From the NCBI RefSeq assembly GCF_003704095.1, contig NW_020843834.1, positions 62,001-126,000 of the forward strand: a stretch of DNA of 64,000 nucleotides, given 5' to 3'. Origin of the DNA: Pocillopora damicornis. Its lineage: Eukaryota. Position numbers and translations under genes: made by a program. The notes under the pieces are model-generated. The model did not search any database and had not been told where the DNA came from. It was given only the letters and a program-made list of their open reading frames with translations. This document shows, piece after piece, positions 26,593 through 39,263 of the stretch. Every line of letters starts with the position of its first letter. Position 1 is the stretch's first letter.

Positions 26593-27549
26593 ATGGCCCA
26601 GGATAGCTTTTCAAAGGACGGTTTCATCATTGCTTTCACGTTTTCAATGCTCATTAACCTATTCGGCAACATTCTCGTCTGCGTGGCGGTTCTGGCATTT
26701 CGAGACATGCGCATTCCAATGAATTATCTTCTGGTAAATCTTGCCGTCAGTGATATGATGGTTGCAGTCTTTATGTCTCCAAGGTTCGTCTTCAGCCGGA
26801 CGATGAACCATCCTAGGGGGACTCTCGGGGATTACCTGTGTAAGATCCTTACCGGAGATTCTTTCACCTGGACAGGTGCACTGGCTTCAGACTTCACTCT
26901 CGTCTGCATCGCAGTTGAGCGATATCTCGCCATCAACTTCCCCTATAGTGAGACAAAGAGGCTGACAACTAAAAAGCTTAGATTCGTCATTCCACTTTGC
27001 TGGATCTTTGCTATCGGAGTCAACCTACCGCCGTTTATGTACCTCAAGTACGACGAGAACTCTGGAAGCTGTGTCCCTTTCTGGCCAACACCAAACTTTA
27101 TGAAATACCACAGCGTCATTAACGGCCTGATATTCTTTGTCTTCCCTGCACTGATTATGGGGGTGCTCTACGCTCTTCTAATTTATCAACTCTGGTTCAG
27201 AAACACAGCTGCAACCACGTCTGTGTCTCAACAAGCAGTGCTCAAAAATAGACGTCACTCCACCAAGATGGTGATCACAGTGAGTTTGATCTATTGTATC
27301 TGTTGGTTTCCAAACTGTTTTGCTTACATCTACGTGGCCTTCTCGGCTAAGCAGTTGTTCGGGGAGGTACACACTGCATCGGTGCTGATGGTTTCTTTCA
27401 ACTCCGCTGTCAACCCTGTGATTTACAGCTTGCAGAGCCATCGATTCCGCCGCCATATAGCAGCGCTGTTGAAAAGATGCCGTCGCAACAAAGTTGGTGT
27501 TCATTACAAAACTACAGAAACAAACACTGTTCAAACCTCTACAACGTAG
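26593..27549 (+). CDS. Class A GPCR, paralog 3 (318 aa)
   Basis: Same 7TM motifs (NLAVSD, AVERY, CWFP, NPVIY); more diverged from paralogs 1 and 2; ATG preceded by acceptor 'ttctttgtttag'. Confidence 0.95.
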   Translation: MAQDSFSKDGFIIAFTFSMLINLFGNILVCVAVLAFRDMRIPMNYLLVNLAVSDMMVAVFMSPRFVFSRTMNHPRGTLGDYLCKILTGDSFTWTGALASDFTLVCIAVERYLAINFPYSETKRLTTKKLRFVIPLCWIFAIGVNLPPFMYLKYDENSGSCVPFWPTPNFMKYHSVINGLIFFVFPALIMGVLYALLIYQLWFRNTAATTSVSQQAVLKNRRHSTKMVITVSLIYCICWFPNCFAYIYVAFSAKQLFGEVHTASVLMVSFNSAVNPVIYSLQSHRFRRHIAALLKRCRRNKVGVHYKTTETNTVQTSTT

Positions 27550-29293
27550 AGATTTGTAAACATTTCAACTCTCCAAGGAGAAGGGAAAGAAGGAAAAGGT
27601 AGGAGGAAAAACGTTCTTTACATTCGGCTTCAGACGGTTTGGAAGAAAATAGCTCTACCTTCCCACAACTGAATGAGTAGGGTCTCACTAGTGCTACCAC
27701 AAGAGCGACGAAGCCTGCGGGTTTCGAGTCTTCGAGAGGTCTGCAAGAAGAGATAAGCAAGGGTTCAGGCTCTCATTGTTCGTGCAAGATCCCTCACACA
27801 CACCTTGCACGCCCTTTTCGCTCGAGGGGAGAAACTCGTGGGCCTTGTTACTCCTGTCCCAGTACTAATCATCAAGCCCTGCCTGCAGACTGGCCTTCTC
27901 ATCGTTGGTGCTTCTTTGACTCGTCCCTATCTCCCACGCACTTTCCGCGGTCAAAAAGGGTGCGACTTGGGGCGAGTCAGTGTCAACTTAGTGAACTGAT
28001 AGCATCAATGACCTTATAAACTTCATATCTTGGACAGAAGCTGAATCGCTATTTTTGGATCATGATAATCTGGAAAAAGAGGTTTTAAGATCGATAATAT
28101 GACCCGCGCTAATTCTTCACCGTCATAAAGAATTCTCGTCACCTTAGTTAATAGCTTAACGCTTCACCCTTCAGCTCCCAGAAGTGATTGACGTGTAACC
28201 TCTCCCCATAATATCCATAAATTATTTAGCAAACAGCCAATGAGAATAATCAAAATGATCATGTAGAAGTTATTATCTTGATCTAACACCAAATTCTCGT
28301 CATTGATTTAAAGGAAATTTGTAACGGTAAGTGGGGAGAATTTACAATCAGATCTTGGGAGTTGTAGAATAAAGTTCTTCTCTACCTTTCTTTTATCTTA
28401 ATTGGATTGTTTTCATTTTATTTTCCTCGAATCTCCCTGAATGCAAGAAATGTAAAGGGAAATACTGGTCAAGTTTTTGTTCGACTATTGAATCATTACA
28501 TCACACATTGACTCGATATATGCTGACGTAACTCCGTTTCCACATTTCTCCAAAGGAGACATCATTTGATAAATTTTCCCTGCCATTTCATTGCGAAACT
28601 CATGCAAATAAGAGCATTAGAAATTTGCGGTCGTGATTACAAGGAATAAGCTCCTTGATCCTAGAAGTGAAAGCTTAATTGCAGCTCTAGTCTGTGGGGA
28701 ATTTCAAGAATCAGCTGTTGCTAAATCATCAACCCAAGCGCTAGATAAATGTGTTCCCTCCGTAGCTAAGCCTCATGAAGAAAAGGAGTTAAAGTGGTTT
28801 GAATTTTTACGAGATTAAATAGTTTTTCTAGTGTTGTAGTCAGCTGAAATTGTGGTGAAATCCCTTTTTACAGCGTTCTTCGCTGAAGTATTATTGATAA
28901 ATTCCCCAATAAAAAATGGTAAAGGTTTTTCATATTCTTTCTTTAATTGTTAGCACCACTAGTAGCTTTAATAGCCATTTATATAGCCTTAAAGTAGATA
29001 TAGCGATGTATAGATTAAGCGTCTATACTGATCCACACTTAAGTCTTAAATAAATAAAATACATAAAGAAAACAAACTTCTCGCTTCACTCTAGCTTGAA
29101 TAAACTGCACAAAACTGTTCAATAAATGCTTAAACTAGGCTTTTACTTTATCAGGAGTTATAAATAAAACATGGTTTTTTAACCACAAGAAAAGTTTTCG
29201 CATTTCAGTGCTTTCCTTGCGGTTTTTTCATGCACAGATTTACAGTCAAAAAGATGTGCACTGCGCTTACAATTTTCAAGCGTGAGCAATAAG

Positions 29294-29908
29294 CTACGAT
29301 CGTATCATCATTAATGAGGTCCTCCAGTGTTGAAGGTTCAAAGTAAAAGACTTTAGTTCTGAATTGTCTAAGTTTTCAGGGAATATACGACCCAAGGAAT
29401 TCCTTGAACCGCTTACGAGCATAAGTTTCTGTCGACATTTCAGTAACAGTTCCTTTGCGGCGGGAAGCCGGACATATTTTCCGGAAGTAGTGAGCTCAAA
29501 GTCCATATGCTCTGTTGAGGTTTCACGTTTTCCTATCAGCGCGGTTGGATCAGCGACTAACGCCATTGCTTTCGCTAAAAGAATTTGAGACAACCACTCG
29601 TTCCTTTCATCTCGCCAGAAACAAGACAGAAAAAATGTCCGATTCGCAATCTTGCCGGCAGATACAGATCGCTTTACAAGCCGTAAGCAGTACTTTGTAT
29701 GTTTATCTGCCTGTTCTTCTATATACAGAGACATGTCATTGAAGAATATGACCTCCTTGGGTGCCTCTTGCAATGATTCCGCTTCAGTTCTATAGTAACA
29801 TAGGCACTCTTTGCTCAGGACGAAATAACGGAGATGCCATTGTTTCAGAATTTCGCTTTGCTTTAGAAGGTAACCTTGTTTTAACGGCTGTGTGTATGCG
29901 CCTTTCAT
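29294..29908 (-). CDS. Stand-alone PH-domain protein, paralog 1 (~204 aa from the ATG of MKGAY)
   Basis: LKQGYLLKQSEILKQWHLRYFVLSKECLCYY ... ERNEWLSQI matches the PH beta1/beta2 strands and C-terminal helix with its invariant Trp. An in-frame stop lies upstream, so the ATG at 29908 is the likely start. Confidence 0.85.
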   Translation of the reverse strand: MKGAYTQPLKQGYLLKQSEILKQWHLRYFVLSKECLCYYRTEAESLQEAPKEVIFFNDMSLYIEEQADKHTKYCLRLVKRSVSAGKIANRTFFLSCFWRDERNEWLSQILLAKAMALVADPTALIGKRETSTEHMDFELTTSGKYVRLPAAKELLLKCRQKLMLVSGSRNSLGRIFPENLDNSELKSFTLNLQHWRTSLMMIRS

Positions 29909-30083
29909 TTCTTTCGAAGCTCTCCCGGGTTTCCAGGCAATCAATTTCCGTCGCTATGTGTACAGGTCTGTTTTTCAAACATAAACTCTGTTTCTGTACT
30001 TTACACAAACTTCAGAAGCGGCAATCTTTCAGGAATCAGACGGGAACTTCATAATTCCTCGAACCTCAAATGCGAGAATACCG

Positions 30084-30142
30084 TCTCCAAGAATTTATAT
30101 AGACGTCAGGCAAGGTCAACAACGGAAAACCGGTCATGTGAC
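30084..30142 (-). promoter_or_regulatory. Putative core promoter of PH paralog 1
   Basis: Minus strand: GTCACATGAC (E-box/M-box-like), then CRE-like TGACGTCT overlapping TATATAAA, ~190 nt upstream of the ATG. Confidence 0.35.
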
Positions 30143-33100
30143 ACCATGTGATGAGCGTGTGCTCTTTGCCTACCGAGAGATGACTGGCTGTTCGATAGGA
30201 TATCAACTGTCCGAAATAAGAGTGCTTTGATTGAAAAAAATAACTACTTTTTAAAAATAGCAACGCAATCTTTCCCCCCTATCGTCAATAGTTTATAGAT
30301 GTTATCTGTGTGCACAGAAGCATATCATGCGACCCATGGAAATTGATATGATATGAGGCAATACGGACAAAAATAGAATATGCTTTCTAAGAAGAACCGG
30401 TATTGCTTATGTAAGTAGCTTTTCCTTTTTATTTCGATACTGATGGAAAAATTTCATTAGGTTTGGATCGAAGTACTTTCCTAAATTTACCCTTGTCTTT
30501 GGTCAGCAAAAACCTCAGACTACAATTTCGGAGATCACGCAAACACGAGATGAAAACAACACGCGATCCTTACACTATGTCGCAACGAAAACGGCGAAGC
30601 GCGTTGAGCCATAAATTTCAGTTTCAGTCTTCAGAATCTCGCAACAATTTGGATAGTGCTAAGTTTCTTTCAGTTTCAGAACCATTTTTGACTTAATGTG
30701 TAATAACAGGTTGGGTCCAAATTGCTGTATTCAAATAAGGGTCATGTCATTAATAACCGTTCTTCAATGAAAATTATTAGACAGAAAACTTTGTGATAGT
30801 ATGACGTAGTTCTGCGGAAATCTAATAAAATTCAGAGATAAAACACAGGAGGGGCTATTTTTCTAATCCTGGGAACAATTCTTTTCCCCTGCCTATGCAG
30901 CCGTAGTTTTCTAAGGTCTCCTGGGTGTCTTGCAATCGACAATTTTCCCCTTTTTAAATTGGCTCCCTAAAACAAATATTTTTATTTCGAAAGTATTCGA
31001 TTTCGGTTATTTCCCGATCTGACAGACAATGATTCTAAAGAAAGTCTAAAAATCTGCTTTAGTATATCAAAACTGACCCCGTGTTGACAAATGTCCAAAT
31101 ATGTGAAAACGCGGTTTATTCGTGTTCTGCCAACATAGCTGGGATGTTTATTTAGGAGGCCCTCAGTAAAATGTAGACTGAGACTTGGAAGTTAATCTGG
31201 AAATTCGCAAGAGGAAAATTTGATTTAGCAAGGGGAGAAACAAAGGTCCGAAATCGGCCGTGATTTGACGCACGTGCATGGTATACCATCGAACTGATAC
31301 AATTGTCTGATATGTTTTCGAATTTAAATTTTCATTTTCTTCGCTGAAAACCACCTGAGTAAAGGACATTTTGGAAGATTTCACAAAACAGGATGCATAC
31401 GTTGTGGCTGCTCAAGATTTCTTGAACAGAATTGTCCCTTGTTGTTTGAATTTGTTAGCCACCATTTCTCAGAAGTGTTTTCATTTCCGATTTGATCCTA
31501 TCAGCCAATGAAAAATTTTTAGATCTCTTGCTTCGCGGAATCTTTTTGAATATTTCTGAATAGAAGGCTTGTTCAGTATCATTCCAACGATGGAATGAAA
31601 CAGATCTTTTCTCTCTACTCATTTATTTATATTTTAAATATATATACATGATAACAATTTCTTGCATAAAATTTACGAAACTTGTTTCAGCTGGACTCAG
31701 TCCTCCAGCTGAAAACAGCAATATGTTTGGGACAGCCAGCGCTGTTGCATGTAATTATTTATATTTGCCATCCGTTAGGATGTCAAAATGTTTTGCAATC
31801 AGTTGTAAGTTCAAAGGATTTGCGATTTTTTTTAAGCATTGAATTACATAGGAAGGAGGTAGACAAAGAATCGGATCAGTCTGAACTAATTGTTAATACC
31901 GAGAGATATGTATGATTGGCAATATTCTAACGGTGATTCTTAAGAAAGACGAACGGTGTTGCGTCATGATCCGTTGAATCATAAGTAGATAATTGTATTA
32001 AAATTTATCATAATGACTGTTGCTGGGGTGAAAAGTTTAAGTCACCCCATCAGTGCGCATAGAGCAAAATCGAACCTGGAGGTGTAAGGTAAGGTTACAA
32101 ATGTAATAAGGAGTTTGAAAACTTTTAGGCTTAATTCTTTAAGTTGCTCATAGTCAGCAGTTAAGACAGCCTCGGCTAAGCATTTAATAAAGGGATTTAT
32201 TATTCCTCTATTGTTTCATTCTCGAGCGTTTTAACATCAAATTTCGAAAGAATTCCTATTGTCTATCCGAGCTTCGTACCGATCTGAACTTTGGCGTTCG
32301 CGAAAGACGAAAACAACCACAACGAAAGTGTTAGTATATTCCTCTGACCAACAAAAAACCCCTGATGCTTTTAAAAGACTAATCTGTTAAAGTCAAGCCT
32401 AAGAGACGAACTTAAGTTTGGATCATTCAGTAAGGCCAATTTGTGGCTCCGTTTTCCGTCTGTATAGTTTCCTTGTTCTACAGCGTAATACCGTGGCATA
32501 TTTTACACGTTCTGTTGCCTAAATAAGGTAAAATTGCGTATTAGTAGAATGATAATTCCGGTTACCATAAGGCCCCCAGGCAAGATACAGGCTCTGGATT
32601 CAAAAAGTTCTGTAACATCTGAAGACATATTGAGTCATTGACGCTCTACGGTGCTGCTTGCTACAGAATTTTCCAACAGCCACATCTTTAAATTTAATTT
32701 TAACCCTCTAATCTTTTTTTTTGCTTCAGGATCACAAAAAATTTCAGCGCACTGAATGAGTAACCTTGGAATGAAATACTGACCACTGACGCAGCCGCTA
32801 TGTCGCAAAACGGAAATGACGACTCCAGATTCCATCACATTTTGCGGTCAGGCAGATGTAATCAGTCTTTTTTTTTTCCTGTTTTCAGCAAACAAAAATT
32901 GTGAGTTCTGAGAAAATCTCATTGTGACGGCTGGTTTACGTGCAAGTGACTCAATCATTTGTACTTGCACAGGCATCATGCGGACCTTAGCTCGGTCAAA
33001 CCTGGATCCAAGTTTAGATGGTGACGTCATGAATCCACTTTTCCCAGAAGTTGCGTAGTGTAGAAACAGACTTTTAAAACTTTGTTCACAACTCTTAGGT

Positions 33101-35897
33101 CTGTTTATTTAAACAAAGCTAATTCCTTGTTCATAAAACTGCGTTCTAAACTACCTTCAATTTTGCCGAACCCTTGTAACTGAATATTTATTTTTGTGAA
33201 CAGTGTCAAGATGGCCAAAAGCTGACAGTGGGAAAAGTATTTTTTGGAATCTAATCGATCCACTTGTAGGAGAACCAAAGGCCCATTGATTGCGCAAAAA
33301 CCATGGTTTCGGTTAGACCTCGTGTAAATAACCAATCCTTAATGCTTTTCCGTTTTATTATTTTTGTTTCCTCTAATCAAATTGCTATTCAGAGCGTTTC
33401 TTTGGAGCTAATAAGGACGCTAACCTTTTCACTTCCAAGATCTCATTGTTAATTCTCCTTACTGTCTGCCATACGATTCTCATAATGTTAGTTCTAAGAA
33501 TTTGGTATTGAATCAACTAACAATCCCCTAACCGACATTTTTCTTTATTCTCATCACTTGTCTGATTGATATTGTATTGATTTAGTAAAGAAAAAATTAT
33601 GTCTTGGTCACTTATGGGATTTAAAGGGATAATTGAATTTTAAAAGGCTTTACCTATGAGATGATTAAGTCTGAGTCGCTTCGCTAAGTTTTTTGTTCAG
33701 TTCGGAAACGATATTTTCCGAAAAAAAAAAACAGTCTAAAGACGGTCAGTTTCGCATAAGATCTACTTCTTCGACAGAAATGCTACACTTTCTATAATCT
33801 CAACGTCAGCGTAAAGCGGAAACAATTTTTCCTGATCAGACGCGATAAAGAGCTTACTCGATATGGTAAATTTGATTAGCACAAAGGGTACTTGAGGAGT
33901 AAAACCCTCGTTCTGACAGCATCTACCTTTCTGGTCGGGGTTTTCAGGGGGAATTCCCCTTCTGGAGAACATGTAATCTCCGGCTTGAACTCGGTCGAAG
34001 TCCAAAACGTTTTCTCTTTCGTGAGCGGGGTGTGAGCGAAACGACGGCTAGATCTTTGACATTCAGGTTTCACCAGGAGAGTAAATCTGAATTTAATAGT
34101 TATCACTTGTTTGTCAACTTAGAAGTACGTGCTTGGACTTTTGGCTGATTATCAAAAGCCTGCAGGGCTATGTGATATGGGGAATTATTTTTAAGGTCAA
34201 AAAATAGGCAAAAGTTAATTACATGTATCACACATATTTTCACTGCGTGCTTCAACATGCATTTGGACGTAAAAAAAAAAGCTGTTCAATTCTTTCGTGT
34301 GTTTGAACGCACTTTAACTTCAGAAAGAGAAAGGTTGAAGGAAAAAGAGTCCCCCTTGCCACCTACGTCACGTCCTGTGAAACCTGTCCAACGAGAACAC
34401 TCGGGGGAACCGTGGTAGTGTCCACCTTGTGCAGGGTTTTAAAACCATTGCACTCTCAAGGGTGAGCAGCAAAGATTTTCTTCTTCTATTGGCCATACAT
34501 ATTCCGGCAGAGATGTTATGTGAAGATAGAGAAATGTAAATTTGGAGATATTGCCTGATTTAACAACAAATTCTATAGGTTAAAACTGTAAAAAATATGT
34601 GGTAGAGAGTGGGGAGAATTTATAATCAGATCTGGGGAATGAAATTGCACTACAGGTTCACGCAAACTGCGAAATGATAAGCACCTTTTGAGAGCGTTTC
34701 AGGGTCAACTGTACTTATCATTGCGATGACTTTTATTCATCGAATTTCATGCGTCTTTCTTCGTGTTTAAAACTTGTTCCAGCGAATTATCAAAAGACAA
34801 GCTTTTTGCAAATGTTTTTGGTAGAATAATTGGCGCGTTTTGCTTAGTGTAGGTTGTCGTTTGACTTGCCGATTCGGCACATCAAGGTATAATGACATTG
34901 TGTATAATTGGATAATAATTTGAATTGTACAGCAGGAAGGATTCATTTAGCAGTTTTCAGTCGTAAAATCCCTTAGAGTGTCCTTTCACTCAGGTCGCGA
35001 GTAAAAAAAAAGCTCAGTTTCAATGTCCTCGTCCACCTCATAAGGCTGCGCACTGAAACGGTGACGGTAATTCAAAGGGAGAAAGACAAAATAGGGTTTT
35101 ATGTTTATTAGGTTAATATGACATGGGGTTCGCTCGATACAGATATTTTCACTGTTTTCCTCCAACTTCACATACTTGCTCACTGGGACCAAACAAACAA
35201 AACAAATGAAGCGCAAACTCCCCATCAAAATGATCAGTTCTTCAGACAGAAGGCGTTGACACTCGTGTAAAATCACTAGCAAAGCAAAGCTCGTCAAACG
35301 CGGGGGTTCATTGCACTTTACGAAGAAGTAGAAATTGCTGTTTATCTCCACTTAACTAAACACACACGAAAACATGTTTACGAACAAGGTGCTGACAATG
35401 CGCATGCCAAGCGCGTTACTATTTCAATAGCAAAACCTTTTCTCCCAAAACAAAGCGCATTATTGTTATCTACAGGTGAGACCACTCAGCCAGGCATTAA
35501 GCGAAGGGAAACTTAATCTCACAATTGTTAGAGGACATCCGATCCTTGAAATGATAACAGCGGCGTATTTTTTTGACCTTTCACTCCGTTTCAGGAAGAC
35601 GGGACGCTCCAGAGCTTCAGTAAGGCTCTAAAGGAGGTGTCGTGAGGGAGTCGACTCATATTATTGTGTCCCGCCGAGGGCTGTTCCTGACCTTCTTTTA
35701 CCAATCGAGGCCGTGCAAGGCACGCAGTGACGCCAGGATAGGTATTTGCACTGCGTTCACATTCCTCATAACTCGTCTTACAATTTTGCACGGAACCATT
35801 AAGACCTTAACATTGCAAGTCTTGCACTGGCTCAGCTCTCGTTGCGCTTACAGATTGGACAAGATTCTGACACTTGTATAATACAGCTCCACTGAGA

Positions 35898-36521
35898 ATG
35901 AAAAGCTTAGATGCAAATAACAACGAAAGGATTTTAAAACACGGTTACCTGCTGAAGCAAAGCGACCTTCTAAAGCAATGGAATCTTCGGTATTTTGTCC
36001 TTAGTAAAGAATGTCTCTGCTACTACAAAACCGAAAAGCAATCGGTAGAAGACGTACCTAAAGAGGTGATATTTTTCAACGACATGTCTCTTTATATAGA
36101 CGAGCTGCCTGAAAAGCAGACAAAGTACTGCTTAAAGCTTGTAAAGCGATCAGTTTCGGCCGGCAAAATCGCAACCCGGACATTTCATCTGTGTTGCTTC
36201 TCAGAGCACGAAAGAAACGAATGGCTTTCGCAGATTCTCCACGCGAAAGCAATCGCGCTGGTGGTCGATCCGACAGCGTGGATGGGAAATCAGGAAGCTT
36301 CCACGCAAGACATGGATATTGAGCTTGCTAATTCAGCTGGCAGTGTCAAGCTCGCCCCTGCTAAAGTGATTTTTCAGAAGTGTCGGCGTAAGCTTTCTCT
36401 CAGTGCAAATACGAGGGATTCTCGAAACTGTTTGTTCCTGGATGACTGTAACTTAAACAGAAGAAGGAAATCCACGCCGCGTCTAAGTCAAGAATGGAGA
36501 AACACTTTAATGGTGATTTAA
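35898..36521 (+). CDS. Stand-alone PH-domain protein, paralog 2 (~207 aa from the ATG of MKSLD)
   Basis: LKHGYLLKQSDLLKQWNLRYFVLSKECLCYY ... ERNEWLSQI. In-frame TGA at 35868, so the ATG at 35898 is the likely start. Collinear with paralog 1 through the C-terminal WRxxLM motif. Confidence 0.85.
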   Translation: MKSLDANNNERILKHGYLLKQSDLLKQWNLRYFVLSKECLCYYKTEKQSVEDVPKEVIFFNDMSLYIDELPEKQTKYCLKLVKRSVSAGKIATRTFHLCCFSEHERNEWLSQILHAKAIALVVDPTAWMGNQEASTQDMDIELANSAGSVKLAPAKVIFQKCRRKLSLSANTRDSRNCLFLDDCNLNRRRKSTPRLSQEWRNTLMVI

Positions 36522-38629
36522 CTCCTGTGCGCCCCTAAAAATCGAGAAGGGGGACAGACAATTTTGAAAAGAATAGTAATCTGCAATTAGAAATTGGAAA
36601 TGGAAGGATTTAGAAAAATACCTGATCGCTAGCAGCAGAGGAAACAAGCAAATACTGTACAGTTTTTGCGCTACATTTTGTGGCAGTCTGGATGGTTGAT
36701 CGTTCAGTAAACTTCCACGTAAGCATTTATTAAAGTAAAAGAAGGTGAAGTAACTTTTACTTGTTTGTTTCGTTCATTACTTTCCGGTTGATCAAATAGA
36801 AATATTTGATAGAAAGAGTTTATTTTACTATATTTTTAGCTTGTTATATAACGACATTCGAGTGATGAAGTTGAAAAGATGGAACTGGACTGAACAATAA
36901 TTCCCATATAATGGTGTATCGAGTACATTACGTTTAGGTTTGTAAAAAACATGGCGTTTTAAACCATTTTAAGTTTCACACTAGTATCTGAAGCCCACTT
37001 TTAAATTCGGAAAAGCTGCCGAAATAAGTGGCGTCTCTTGAAAGAAAGGTTGAATGTCTGCTCCAACGGATGTTTCTCCGTGATTTAGAACATTGCTAGC
37101 AGTCGTACAATCGTTAATGTTAAGTTATTTTACTGATCGGCGATACCACTCAATTTATTTGAATTATTCATGCACTAAAAAAAAATTAAAAGAAAAAAAA
37201 AAATATTAGACGGGGGAAATTACCTGAAATCGGCTTTGATTGCATAATCAGTTGTCAAAACACAAGATACTTTTACTTTCAGAATTTAGCTGTCAAAGTT
37301 GTTGACAGTTTAAAATCTGCACTATGCAGTAAGGTATTTATAAATTATTTTCATTTTGACCAATCTTTAGAGGTATTTAAGAGTCGTTAGGGAACATATG
37401 GTATTTTAGGAATATATTTTGCAGTCATTGCATGTAGCTTGTGTAAAACAGTTCATTTGATCAATATCCGTAACTAAGGAAATTCAAGACGCGCTCGACT
37501 ATGTTGATCTTGTTAATTTTTCGATGAGAATTCAATAAAGCACCATCAGTAGTCCATGGACAAAGTTTCATGTGAAGATAAAAAATAGTGTAATTATAGT
37601 TTCTGATGCATGCAGGTTTTCGAAAATGAACCGCTTGGGAAATAACCTAAGGAACCAACGGCGCAGTTGCTAACCATACGATAAAGGTCTTCTCACGGTT
37701 TATCTTTCGTCAACTCTCTGGCATTAATCTTTGGCTCCTTGCCATTATTGTTTTTCCAAAAGGGCAAGAAAAACCATAATAGGTCATTCGTTTTCTATTT
37801 GTGATCTCAACAATCTGAGGCATTATGTTTGGGACAAATGCGCGTCTCTAAGATATTATGATACAACGATTTCATTCTTCACGCTTAAAAAGTCCTATAG
37901 AGAGGGAAATGGGGATCTTATACTATAGGCATAGCAAACTGAAAGAATTTCCTCCTAAACACGGGCACTGTTTCAGCGGCCACGGCCATCCCCTCACCTG
38001 AGGTTCACTTAGCGCTCCCTAATTCCCTCCCCCTCCGCAGAGGCCTGAAATCGAGAATTTCGTCACTTTGGCTGTTGGAAGAAATTAACTTAATTTTTGG
38101 CTCCAGTTCTCTCTTAAGCAGAAACACAAATAATAATGAGATCGCTCGAATGGCGAAACGCGACAATTCACCATTGTTAAAATGAAGGAGATGCGGGAGT
38201 GGTGGCACTGCAAATGCTCGGTTTATTTTATGAACAAGATAACTGGTATTGGTTTCCCCCCTACTTCTAATGGATTGAGAGGTTTTTTCAGGGGGGGGAG
38301 TTTGAAGTGCGGAACGGCTCATAAGGAGTCAAAAACGAGTAGGAGCGGAATTCCGCGCAATAGTTGACCTCTCCATTGATCCTTTGTGCCCTAAATGTGA
38401 CCAGCATCTAATTTCTCCCTACAATATCAGCCCTGAATCACACATTAATGTCACAAGAATAAAGGAAATGATCACCAACTAAAGAAGCGACTGATAATCA
38501 AACAAATTATCCTTGTCAGCGTTTCAGAAATTATGAGAACAGTATACTTTTTTTTATTTCTTCTACCATAACCCCCCCCCCTCCCCCCTCCTACACGACA
38601 TTGGCCTTAAATGTTAGTTTTCTACGACT

Positions 38630-38830
38630 TAAGCAGACTCAACAGCGGCTTGGTTTGATTGCTGAACCGAAATTAATGCCGTGGACCCTTGAGTAGGGCT
38701 GGAAATGATTGACTGTTTGTCTTCAAGTATTTTTTCCAAATCCCGCTTGGATAAATTTGCAAAGCCGTTATTTTCACTGGTAGTACTTTGCTTTGTTGAT
38801 CTTAAGACGCTTCCCATGTTTCTACAACCT
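38630..38830 (-). mobile_element. Possible remnant of a Crypton-like (tyrosine recombinase/DUF3504) element
   Basis: GFANLSKRDLEKILEDKQS resembles the 'FAxLSxxDLxxLLExK' N-terminal motif I recall from such elements. No catalytic region seen. Confidence 0.25.
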
Positions 38831-39263
38831 TCTCTAAATCTTCTAAGTCGTCGAGAAACTCTAACTCAAATGTTGGGTTGTTGTTAGCCATAACAGTGGC
38901 GAAAATTAAGTCTTACGCGAAAAAAGTCGGGGAAACAAATTTTGCTGGCAAGAAATTTCATCGACAGTGACGTCAGCCTGAACCATCTCTATAAACCATC
39001 CATCGTTCATGAAAACGAGTGTCGAAATGAGGGACATCCACATAACTTCTAGTTCAATCATGACGGTCAGGAAATACACGTCGCAATCACAAGATTTATC
39101 CAAATCGAGGAAAGTAAGAGCACAGTTAAAAAAAAAAAAACATTATATCCTCAAATGACGAAAAGAAAAACTTGCTTCTCTTGCGCAGACATTTCACCCT
39201 TAAAAGAAATACTTGATAAATCAGAATCTTGACGCAAACATCGTTGTAAATTTCATGCAGTTT

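Noticed and set aside
11600-27534. Conserved antisense ORFs opposite each GPCR (11600-11824, 18180-18413, 27178-27534)
   Set aside because: Shadows of the conserved sense CDS, with variable starts and lengths and no independent signal.
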